Positions 37,380-48,029 of a stretch of DNA of 64,000 bases are shown one piece after another. Source of the stretch: Rebecca billardiae RCC1528 (lineage: Eukaryota; Protista; Haptophyta); contig OZ251243.1 of assembly GCA_965240325.2 (NCBI GenBank), forward strand, positions 62,001-126,000. The letters run 5' to 3'. A program made the position numbers and the translations under genes. Each line of letters begins with the position of its first letter. Within the stretch, counting starts at the first letter, position 1. The notes under the pieces were generated by a model. It saw only the letters and a list, made by a program, of their open reading frames with translations, made no database searches and was not told the DNA's origin.

Positions 37380-38698
37380 TCATCCGCCCGACGGGCGCGG
37401 CGCCGACTCGCCCCCGTCGGCCGACGCGGCCGCGGCCGACTCGACGGCGCTGGCGGCGCCCTCCGCCGCCGCCGGCGCGGTGCCGTAGCCGCGCTGCGAC
37501 ATGCGCTGCGCCATCAGCACGCTCGAGTGGTCCGCCCCGCCCGCGGGCGCTGCCGCCGCGCCGCCGCCCGCGCGCTTGCGCCGCGAGAGCTTGGCGAGCA
37601 CGTCGCCCGGCGAGAGGCCGCGCACCAGCCAGGGCGCGGCGGCGCGCGCAAAGCCGAGCGCGGCCGCGGCCGCGGCGACGGCGAGCAGCGCGCGGCCGAC
37701 GCGCGCGCCGAGCAGCGCGCGCGCCGCGGCGCGCGCGAGCGCCGCGGCGCCCGCGAGGCCCGCCGCGAGGGCCGCCACCTGCACCGCGCGGTCCAGCCGC
37801 TTGCGCCGCGCGACCTGCGCGAACGAGAGCTCGGCGCGCTGCAGCATCGCGATCGTGTTTGGCGCGCACAGCGCGGGCAGCGCGCCGTGGCACAGCCCGT
37901 CCAGGATGAGCGGCAGCACGAACGTGACGAAGCCGAGCGCGCCCGGGCGGTCGAGCGCGCGCGAGATGCGCACGAGGTGCCGCGCCTCGGGGCCGCGCGC
38001 GCGCGAGAACGCCGACAGCGCCTGCGGCACGCGCTCGGCCGCGGCCGGCTGCGGCCCCGGCGGCGCGCCGCCGCCGCCGGCCGCGCCCGGCTCGGGCGCG
38101 CGCTGCGCCGCGCCGTCGAGCGCCGCCTGCAGCGCCGCCACGTCCTCGAGCGCCGAGTTGGCGCCGAGGCCGAAGTAGGGCTTGACCGTGTGGATCGCGT
38201 CGCCCAGCAGCAGCGTGCACCCCCCGTGGTGCAGCCTCGGCCCCACGTACCGGAACGCCGGCAGCGCGGACGGCGGCTTGGCCGCCACCGCCGCCACCGT
38301 CGCATCGCCCAGCAGGCTTGAAAACTGCGGGAGCACTTGATCCAGCGCGGAGCGTAGGGCGGCGGGGTCGGTGGCAGGCGCGGCGAGCGGGTCGCCCTCG
38401 CGCAGCAGCAGCACGCCGCAGTACGACGCGCCGCCCTCGGCGCCACCCGCCGCCCTCGCCGGCAGCGCGTCAAAGTTGATCCGCCCGTCCGCCGAGCGCG
38501 CTGAGTAGTTCACGTCTCCGCGCCAGCCGGGCGGCAGTTGCAGCGGCACTGTCTTGTACACGCGCGCGTTGTCGTCGGGGTAGCGCGTGACGCGGAAGTC
38601 GCGCGGGCGCGCGGCGTGCAGCGCGTTCGCGATCGTGCGCGCCGTGCCGTCCGCGCCGATCAGCAGCTCCGCCTCCTCCGACCACACGCCGCCCGCCT

Positions 38699-38733
<35 letters not shown>

Positions 38734-39521
38734 TCCGCCGCCGCCGCATCGGCCGCGGCCTCGGCGCCGCCGCGCCGCGCGCCGTCGGCGGGCGGCTCGG
38801 GCGGGAGCGGTCCGGCGGCGGGCTCGCGCGCGCCGTCGAGGTCGCGCCGGCGGAGCGTGAGCGTCGCGCGCCGCCCGTCCGCCGCCCACGCCACGCCCTC
38901 CGCCTCCACGCCGTGGTGCACCGCCACCTGCGCGCCGTGGCGCGTTCTGAGAACGCGCAGCAGCACGCCCACGAGACGGTCGCGCGCGATCACGCGCGTC
39001 GGCGCGCGCGTGGCGTCGAAGATGCGCTCGACGCCCTCGTCCGGCCCGGCGCCCGGCGCCCAGTCCTTCCGCCCCACCACCTGCGCGCTGTACGCCTCCA
39101 CCGCCTCCCACGCGCCGATCGCGCGCAGGGCGCTCTGCCCGCGCGCGCCGATGCCGATCAGGTAGAAGCGCGCGGTCTCGGACCAGGCCTGCTCGTCGTC
39201 GGGCTCGGGCGGCGGGGCGAGGCGGTCGTACACGTGGATGTTCTCCCACCCGCGCCGGGCGAGCATCAGCGCCGTCGCCAGGCCCGCGGGGCCGCCGCCC
39301 ACGATGCACGTGCGCGCAGGCGCGTCGCGCGGCGGCGCCGGAGCGGCGGCGGCCATGTGCGGCGAGGCGCGGCGAAGCGGCGGGAGCGCACGCGGCCGCG
39401 CGGCGCGCAGCGCGAACCGCGGCATCGGCCCGAGCGCGAGGCGACTCGCCGACGCAGGGCGCGCGGCGAGCAGCAGCGCCGAGAGGGCGACGAGCGCGCG
39501 GCGCATCTTCGACGGTGCCAT
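37380..39521 (-). CDS. FAD-dependent monooxygenase, kynurenine 3-monooxygenase-like, probably plastid-targeted
   Basis: IVGGGPAGLATA, LLIGADG, LLGDAIHTVKPYFGLGANSALED; signal plus transit-like N-terminus. Confidence 0.88.
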
Positions 39522-39972
39522 CCTCGCGGTTCACGAACCGGCGATGCTGCCGACGTTGATGCGTCCGGTCGGGGGCAGCCGCAGAGTGCCGGGGCGGCCG
39601 GACGGCCAACGGGCGCATCGTGTTTTTCCCGCCAGACCCATTCTATGATTTAGACCAATTCTATGATTTAAAGACACAGGCACGAGGGCGCAGCTCTCCT
39701 GATTCGTCTGTCGAAGTACTGAATGGAGTTAATGGAGGATGTCGCTGGAGCGCGTTGGCCGCGGGTGAGGGAGTCGTCGTAACCGATGCTGATCACACGG
39801 TCACTGAGGTAGTAGGCGCCCGGGGATGCCGCTGTTTTGCAGTCGTCGTCGGCCTTGGTCATCATGTAGTTGCCCGCGTCGTCGTCGTCCGAGGCTGTTC
39901 AAGTTGATGCCGTAGTGCGGGTAGTGGATGTGGTCGCCCGGGCCGGTGTGCGCGGCCTAGTGGCCTTGCCGA

Positions 39973-40100
39973 GTTGAGGGAGTAGTCGCCCTTGCCGTTG
40001 AGGAAGTCGTCGTCCTTGCCGTTGAGGAAGTCGTCGCCCTGGCCGCAGAGGAAGTCGTCGCCCTTGCCGTTGAGGAAGTCGTCGTCCTGGCCGCTGAGGG
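39973..40100. repeat. 24-bp minisatellite, about 5 copies
   Basis: Unit close to GTTGAGGAAGTCGTCGCCCTTGCC starting at 39973, 39997, 40021, 40045, 40069. Confidence 0.92.
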
Positions 40101-40152
40101 TGCCTGCGCTGCCCAACCGGGCGCGTCTGGCGCGCCAGCGCCGCGCGCGGCT

Positions 40153-41256
40153 CTACGCCAGTGACGGCGGCACGGCGGCAGCCAGGTCACGGGGGGGGTC
40201 GGCGAGGGACGCGGTGCGAGCCTGCTTGGCCGGCTTGGCGTCGCTCCCGCCAGCGGAGGAGGGCCCATCCTCCTCCGCCGGCGTGGACGGCTCGGTCGCC
40301 GCGCGCTTGCCGGCTGCCGCGGCGCCGGGGGGCAGGACCAGGCGGTAGTTGGACTCCCCGAGCGCCGGCCTGGCCTGTTGCACCTCGGGCCCGTCCGACG
40401 GCGCGGCCGCGGTTGGCGGCTGGGGTGGCGGGATGGCATCGTCGGAACCCTCCCCCTCGGGCTCCTCCGCCTCCGGGCCGGCGGGGTCCGCCGCCTGTTG
40501 GTCGGCCGGCTGAGGAGCAGGGCGGCGCGCAGCGGCGGGCGGCGCGGGCGGCACAGGCGGCGCGGGCGGCACGCCCCACAGGTTGTGTGGGACGCGGGCG
40601 GCGCCGGCGATGCGGCGGCTCGGCTTGAGCGGCGCGAAGAAGATGGGGTGCTCGGGGTCGATGGGCATGAAACGGAGGCGGAGGAAGATCAGGTTCACAC
40701 CGCCGGAGTAGATGTTGGTCTCGACGTGCTCACCGTTGGTCACGTACTTGTTGATGTCGGGCACGATCTGCTCGTAGAGGGCCCTGTGGAACTGCACGAG
40801 CGTCATCGTGGGGCTAACCGGGAGCGTGAGGGACACGTCCTTCGCCTGGGTTGCGAGGTCGGCCGCCGACAGCGCGAGCATCTCCTGCGTGAGCTCCGTG
40901 GTGCACGCCGTGAAAATGTTCGGCATGCACAGGCTGGTGGCCAGGCGGCGGCAGATGGCCATGTTCTCGAGCACCGATCCGGTGAAGGAGAAAACGTGCT
41001 TATTGCCTTTGGGGTCCTGGGTGAGTCCTGCGAGCAGTCGCCCGCCTTGCGAGTTGGGCGCCACGTCGCTCAGGCAGCGCGCGCTCAGCTTGATCATCGT
41101 CGTGCACATCTGCAGGCCCGCATCCCGCCTGGCGGTGGGGGTGCTCGGCCGTTCCAGCTGCAGCCCGCGCTCGTAGTTGCTGGAAGAGGGGAAGAAGGTC
41201 AAGGCGCTCCTGCTGTTGAGACGGTCGCGGAACACGCCGTACTCGTAAGGGGGCAT
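40153..41256 (-). CDS. Orphan ORF, possibly transposable-element ORF1/Gag-like
   Basis: ATG at 41256 (MPPYEYGVFR...), about 185 aa of complex sequence then a Pro/acidic tail. Intronless, less Ala-biased than neighbours, long G homopolymers upstream. Confidence 0.55.
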   Translation of the reverse strand: MPPYEYGVFRDRLNSRSALTFFPSSSNYERGLQLERPSTPTARRDAGLQMCTTMIKLSARCLSDVAPNSQGGRLLAGLTQDPKGNKHVFSFTGSVLENMAICRRLATSLCMPNIFTACTTELTQEMLALSAADLATQAKDVSLTLPVSPTMTLVQFHRALYEQIVPDINKYVTNGEHVETNIYSGGVNLIFLRLRFMPIDPEHPIFFAPLKPSRRIAGAARVPHNLWGVPPAPPVPPAPPAAARRPAPQPADQQAADPAGPEAEEPEGEGSDDAIPPPQPPTAAAPSDGPEVQQARPALGESNYRLVLPPGAAAAGKRAATEPSTPAEEDGPSSAGGSDAKPAKQARTASLADPPRDLAAAVPPSLA

Positions 41257-42289
41257 GGTAGCCGGTGTGGCGGGCGCGGGGCTGCGGAGGGGGGGGGGGG
41301 GGGGGGGCGGGTGCGGGCACTGCGGTGCGAGCGAGGTCGGTGCTGGTGCCAAAGGCATTTCGGCGCGCGGGGTTGAAATCAAATTTCAAAACCCAGGTCC
41401 GGAGTGGCCCCGCCGGTCCCCCGGACCACGGCGGCCCGTCGTGCGTTTCGGGGGGAGAGGGGTTTGTCGCGAAACGGGCAGGATGGGGAAGGGGGGGGGG
41501 GGGGGGGGGGGGGCTCGCGGCCGCCGCGGGGAGGCCGGGACGGGCGCGGTCTCCACCTGAGGGCCGGGCGCTGCTCAGGAAGGAGGGCGGCCCACACTCC
41601 GCGTGTCGCTCCCCAGTGCCTCCGCACTTCGCCGTCGTGTCGGGATGAGCATGCGCTTGGCGTCCGCACCGGGCCAGTCCTTGCATGGTCAGCAAGCAGG
41701 CGGGGGGGGGGGGCGTGCGTGTGCAAGCGCGGGTGGATATGTCGTGTCTGCGATATGCGGAGTGTTGGATGCGGGTTGCGCCGGTGCCCCAGGGCACCGG
41801 TGAGTGTGTAGCTGTTTCGGGCACGCCTCGCGAACGCGAGGCGCTGGAAGACATGGCCGAGGGAGGACCGCCTGGCTGGTCCCCAGCTGTCTACCGAACG
41901 ACCAAGAGACCCAATATTAATGGCCGTGAGAACACGGCATCAGAGAAGCGACCGAGGAAAGGCCGCAGTTCCTTTTTTATTCTCCCTTTCACTCCTTTGC
42001 TATACAATCAAGTCCTCTCACGAATCACGATAATATCCGGATACAATCTCGGTGCAATCAGATGCCCGTTATGATGATAAACTTTTCTCGTCCGCCCATT
42101 TACAAGTAGGGCAAATCGCCAGGCCCCTCCATGATTAATTAACAAACCTGGCGCGCTCATCATGACGCGCGCGCGGCGCCAACCCCCCTGCTCGATTAAC
42201 GGAGCACAATCTTGGGCAGTCCCCGCTGGCCGCTGTTGATGTCCGAAGCGCGCGCGACGCCGCGCCGAACGAAGCTGGTCGTACTCACT

Positions 42290-44099
42290 ATGCTGCGCCT
42301 CTGCCCGCTGCTGCTCGCCCTCGCCCTCGGCGCCGCGCACGCGTCGTCGGATGACGGCTCGTCCTCGGCGAACGCGTGCCGTGGCGCGTGCACTGGCACC
42401 GGGCCCAGCCGCAAGTGCACGTTCACGGCGGTGCTGGACTTCTATTCGACCGAGACGGGCGCGTTCACTTTCGCCGAGTGCGGCTCGACCGTGTCGCCCG
42501 TGATCGAGATGGAGCGTGGGGTCGAGTACACGTTCATCCAGAGCCACTTCTCGCAGTGGCTCCACCCGATCGACTTTTCGTACGACCCCGGTGACGACTT
42601 GCTGCGGCGCGCCGGGCGATCTCGGCGCTCCGCCCCTTGATGTCGATGCGGACGACGTGACGGCTGACCGAGCGCTGACCGACCCGCGCGGCTCCGTGCG
42701 CGCGCGTGGACGCCCCCGCATCTCGCACGCGCGCGCGCGCGCGTGCGCAGAGGCTCGTCATCGCAACGCCGACTCGCTGCTCCCCACCATCTCGAAGAGC
42801 GGCGGCGCGTGTGCGGGGACTGCGACGTGTCAGGCGCCGGTCTACATGCACGGCCCTACGGTGATCGGGCAGGCCGCGTACGAGGACAAGTTCGACCAGG
42901 CGCGCATGGAGTGGCTGGGGTCGGTGCTGGCGAACGGCCCGGAGGGGTACACCATCAAGCTGACCCTCACCGACGACGACTACGACCAGGATCTCTTCTA
43001 CTACTGGTGCGCCTGCCTCCCTGCTGCGCGGCCCTGCGCAGCAGCTGCGCTCTCCGGCTCAGCCGTCGTCGACGACCTGTCTGTTCTTCTTCTTCACTCG
43101 CTGCCAGCCAAGCTGCGCGCGCCACGGCCACGGCTGGCTGGCTGATCGCGTGCACCGCGCGCCCCTCTCCACCCGATGCGCGCGCGCGGCGCCGAGCGGC
43201 TGCCAGCGCATTCCACTTCGGCATGGGCAACCGCATCAAGCAGGTGCCCGCTGGCGGCGGCGCGCAGGTGCAGCCGACGGACGCGCCGCCGCTCCCGTAC
43301 CCGCCCAAGAAGCCGCGCTCCGAGTTCGACGTCGGGTGCGGCACATACGGCCTGGAGCCGTACTCGGGCGACAAGGTGTGCCACATTGGCCAGTTCATCT
43401 GCGGCCTCGACGATGACGACGTCTCGGACCAGCAGAAGGCGTTCGGGCAGTGCCTCCACGCCATGGACTGCGCGATGCACGAGGAGATGCGCGTCGACCT
43501 GCACGATGCCGATCCGGTCGTCACCTTCATGCACCAGATGATCCCGCACCACTTGAACGCCATCAACATGGTGCGCGCCCGTACGCGTGCGCAGGCAGCA
43601 GCACGAGTGCGCCCCAGCTCCGCCGCATCTCGCCGCGCGGCCGGACGCGTCCCCCGATTCGACCGCCTCGTGCGCGGTGCATGCTCTGACTCTGACAGTC
43701 TGACTCGGCGCGTGGCCCTGCTTCTCGGGCCCGCCTGGTGTGCCGCAGGCCAAGGCGCTGTTCACGCTGGGCGGCGTCGCGCCCACCGACGTGATGGGTG
43801 CGGAGATCATCGACCTCGCCGCGACCATCATCCACGAGCAGAACACGCAGATCAACACGATGCGCAAGGTCCTGAACGCGCGCGGCCAGCCCTTCCACAC
43901 GGAGGTGATGTGTCCGTTCGACCACGGTGGCGCGCACGGCTGCCCGGCAGGCTGCTATCCGACCATGTCGCACATGGCGCGGCGCACGCAGGAGCTCGAC
44001 CGCAGCGTGCGCACGCTGCTCTTCGGCCACTTCAAGCATCCCGAGCCGCACTGCTGCCCCGCCGGCTGTGAGCCGGCTCATCCCGAGCGCCGCGCGTGA
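42290..44099 (+). CDS. Secreted cupredoxin-like + DUF305 (CopM-like) protein; 4 exons
   Basis: Signal peptide MLRLCPLLLALALGAAHA. Splicing GT-AG introns 42591-42750, 43007-43206 and 43571-43748 gives WLHP..., LFYYCAFHFGMG and FMHQMIPHHLNAINMAKAL...IIHEQNTQI. Confidence 0.85.
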
Positions 44100-44217
44100 G
44101 TCAGAGTGTGTGAGGAGGAGCTCGCGCGGCCAAGCCGCACTGCTGCCCCACCGGCTGTGAGCCGGCTCATCCCGAGGCGCCGCGCGTGAGTCAGAGTGTG
44201 AGGAGGAGCTCGCGCGG
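44044..44217 (+). repeat. Tandem duplication of ~86 bp spanning the last codons, stop and proximal 3' UTR
   Basis: 44044-44129 is repeated at 44133-44217 with small indels. Confidence 0.9.
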
Positions 44218-46791
44218 ACCGATGCTCCGGTGCGCGGCGGCCGGATGACGCTGGCGGTGATGCCATGCCTTACAGGCTGGTCTCACCAAGAACTTCCCGA
44301 GGCTTTGATTTTTTTTTTCAGTAGTCCCACTGCGTCTGCGGAAAATTCTCGATGGCGCCATTAAATCGGCCGCGTCGAGAGCTCTCCGACGAGGGGTCGC
44401 ACGCCTCTGTCCGCCCCGCCGTTGTCGACTGATTCAAACCCCCACCCCCTGCAAAAAATGAACGGCGCGCGATCTCGGTCCGTGCGACCCCTAGTGGTGT
44501 GGTTCACACGGTTGCCCGTACCCCAAGCCCTTCTCCTCATCCCCACCCTCGCTGTAGCACTGAAACATTGCGTCGTTGTTCTCGCCCGCAGAAGCCGCCG
44601 AGCGTTGCGGGTCAACGTGGGACCTGGCATGAGTGACAGGTGTCTTCATGTCCCACAGCGCGTCTCTCCCATGCTGTCGAGGTATGTGGGCCTCATCGCG
44701 CTCGTTGCAACGTCCTTCCTGCGCCTCCCCACCTGTATCAGTGCCTGACGATGTTGCTTGGAGCACACTCAACCCGCCTTGCCGCCGCACTGTTCAGGGC
44801 GGAACTCCTTCGCAATGTTGAAGCGTGCGGCTGCCCTTGACAGACGTACGTAGGCTCTCGCATCCCCCGCTTCCACTGCGACAGATTCGAATACCTGCTG
44901 CAGTGAGCCAACTGCGACGAAGTGCAATGTGCTCGTCGTGTTCGTTCGGAGCCGTTCGAGCGGCGCGCAAGTGACAAGTGCATCTGGCGAGGTCCCACCA
45001 ACAGAGGCAGGGGCTTTGGCTGTAACCACAGCGATCATGGAACGGCTCGCGCGGGCGCAGTCATCAAGCAGTGCGCCATGCTCCGCCTCCGCGCGGGCCA
45101 GGTCCGCGCGTGGCCGACCTCGTGGTGATGGATGCCGCCTGGGCGTCCCGGCAGAAGCCTATGCCGGACTGCGGAAACCCCGACGAAACCTCAGTTCAGC
45201 GCCACTTCAGACTGCTCGGCCCACTGTGAAAACCACTGTGACGGCGCCTCCGCGGCGGAGCGCCGGGCACGAGGTGAGCGACGCGCGCGGCTCCGCGGAC
45301 AATTTTGTGTCGGGGACTAGACCCACGATGCGAGCGATCGTACTCAGCCGATTCCCCGTGCTCGCCCGCCGCGAGCGCGGACACGTCGGCAGCGCTCGGG
45401 AAGTTCTTGGTGATGAGACCAGCCTGTAGTATCATATCCGTTCCGCCAGCCGCCATTAACGACTGAACGCGACTCGTCGTCGAAGTTGCGGACGGCCGCG
45501 CCATCATATAATAATATCAGAACGACGCGCTGAATGGCCTACGGCTGTTTCACGGCGGCGGCTGGCCAGGGCTTTCCCGGCTTAGGACGACAGCAGCAGA
45601 GCCGAGAGCAGCAGTATGTACATATATCGGCGACGGGCGGCGACGGCCACGCGCTATAAGCCGCAGCCGTGTTGGAACGCAGCCGGATATATCATATATA
45701 TATGTTCGCGCGGCTGACTCGGGACTCCCCGCCAGCCGATCTCATCGCGCGCCGACGATCAGTCAAGTCATGGCGCGCGGCGCACTAGTCTGATTGTTAA
45801 GCAGCTTAGGAATCCGAGGCTTCAGCTTCCGAGCGGCCTTGTCGGCAGCACTCCAGGCTGTCCATTCTGATTCGTGTGTGCCCACGCGCGTTGCCGTTAG
45901 CTAGCTGCACTGCCAGCAGGGAACAATTGATCTCCGCAGGTTGTGCTGCCGACGCGTCACGTGCGCGTCCGGGCCCAGGTAGTAAGTACTGTTCGCATGG
46001 CTACACTGCATATGCCGGTAACGTTATTATAACCCGTCAGTAACTGCCTGCGCGGGCCTGCGGGGCCGCCGGCCGCCGCCGGCACACCCACGCCTGTAGA
46101 TGCCCCAACGGGCGCGTGGCTGGACCGTCCGTCGGTTTGGAAGCCCCGAAACCGACAGGTCGACGCCGCAGGCCCGCGCACACCCCTTGCCGTCTACCCT
46201 CTGATCGCACGAGCGGCCCGGCGCCGAGCGGAGCTCCGCATAACGTGGCATCGCGCTCCCGGGCCGCGGGTCGGTTCGGCAGCATGCGTGCGGCTCCTCC
46301 AGCGTAGTGGCTGGCTGTGGTACTCGCCTGTATCTGCATCGCTGAGCCGCAGCGATTTGCACGCGCCACTCGATAAGGCTTGCAGGCCCGTTGTGCTCTC
46401 ACGTCCCGGTGCCGGTCAGCCGCATTCGCTCAGAGCAGATCAGTCCGCTGACCGCTGATCCGCTGCCATCCGGCTGGCGGCTCCGCGGAATGCGGGCGGA
46501 TGGCCGCCACAGCCGAGGCGAGGCACGCTGTTCCAACGGCCGTTCACGCTCACTACCCGAGCGCGCTAACGCGTGCAGCACGCCGTCGGGACGCGAGCCC
46601 CTCGAGGCGCCGACCCGTCACGCAGGCAGTCCGACGAGTGCGGGATACCTTGGCTCGCGACCGCGAGGGCGGATCGGCGAGAGCGCGCATCGCTTTGTTT
46701 TCGCGCGTACAGTTTACGACTATCTCGCCTGCCTGAGCTGTGTGCGTCTCTTATTCTTAGTAAACTGTATGTTTTAACGCGTGCACACTTG

Positions 46792-47476
46792 TGGCTGAGT
46801 CAGTTTAAAATCCCCTTTTTAGTGCAGGGGTCGCGATCCGAGTTAGCTAGCCTACCCGAAGCGCCTCGTCGAGAGGAGCACGTAGAGCCCAAGAACGTCG
46901 ACGAAGGACGAAAAATGGGCGAGAAAATCCATTTTTTGAATTTCTGAGAAGTTTGAGTCAGATTGGATCTGAGACGGCCGAGTCCAGCCTGAGCCGCGCA
47001 GCGCGCGGCAGCGCGCGCGCGCTGGGCCGGGGCGCCGGGGCGGCCAGCGCGTCAAGAGGTCACGGCGCAGCTAGAGACGCATGTCGCTGCCGCACCCACT
47101 GGCGCAGCTTGCTCAGTGCATCCTGTCAGGCCTGTAGGCAGCATGTCTGGCGCTTGTCGAGGCCGGCATCACTCGACGCCGATCACGTGAGCCGCTCCGT
47201 GCCGCGAGCCGAGCTGCTGCATGACTCACCTCGTCCAACATGCCGCATGTCGGCGGTGCTGCTCGCTACGATCACCTCCCTGCTGACTCGGCTGCGACCG
47301 AGCCCATCCAGTTGGCTCCGATCACCGCAGCTCGCCCACCGGGACGGCCGACCGCAGGCATGCTGGCAACCGCACGGGCGGCCCACTCTGAGTCAGCGGG
47401 TTTCGACTTTCTTTGGCCGGGCTTTGCGCGGAAAAAGTTTCCCTTCGCCGAAGGGGAATTTAAACTGACTCAGCCA
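46792..47476. mobile_element. Non-autonomous TIR element (~685 bp) nested in another repeat
   Basis: TGGCTGAGTCAGTTTAAAATCCCCTT and AAGGGGAATTTAAACTGACTCAGCCA (1 mismatch). CACTTG is duplicated at 46786-46791 and 47477-47482, and the empty site is seen at 28821-28846 (reverse strand). Confidence 0.88.
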
Positions 47477-48029
47477 CACTTGGTTAACGCCAGCCAACAC
47501 TGCACAATAGTCCTTGAAGTTCGTCAATCCGACGAATTACCACCGATGCACGGGGGTATCATTCCATGATGAATAATCAACGAGCCACGACCGCACACCA
47601 GCGTGGGTAATTTTAATACTCAGGTATTTTTGGTGCTGCGCGATGACAACGATGTACAACTACTCGTTGGATGAATATTTGCCGCCGCCGAACTCAGTCA
47701 TCGTTTCATCAATCAAACAGCATCAAACAGTAATCCAACAGTAATTATTGGCGCCCCAAACTGCTCGGCCACTTGCACGCGCATCCTCATCAGCGCACTC
47801 GCTCCGGCGGAACCGACAACACCGTAACCACCTACCGCGTCGTCTACGACCGTGTTCACACAAAATAATACGAAATGGGATGCGACATTACGAGCGCCAT
47901 TGTCATTCCCAGTGGCGCAAGGCGGGAGCATCTCTGGCGGCCAGCACAAGGTGGTGGCCAGCGCCTAGCCGCTCCGGCTGCAGCCCCACGCCGCGGCCCG
48001 ACGCCGCGCGCAGGGCTGGCGGCGGTGGC

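Noticed and set aside
39862-40116. RTX-like calcium-binding repeats (GKGDDFLN)
   Set aside because: The period is 8, not 9, residues, the ORF is short with no ATG, and the reading frame of the minisatellite cannot be determined.
44360-45430. Short ORFs in a lower-GC interval
   Set aside because: No motifs, no host-like codon bias and no identifiable termini.
46003-47504. 8-bp direct repeat ACACTGCA suggesting a larger element with a TSD
   Set aside because: The enclosed ends are neither inverted repeats nor TG..CA; likely chance.
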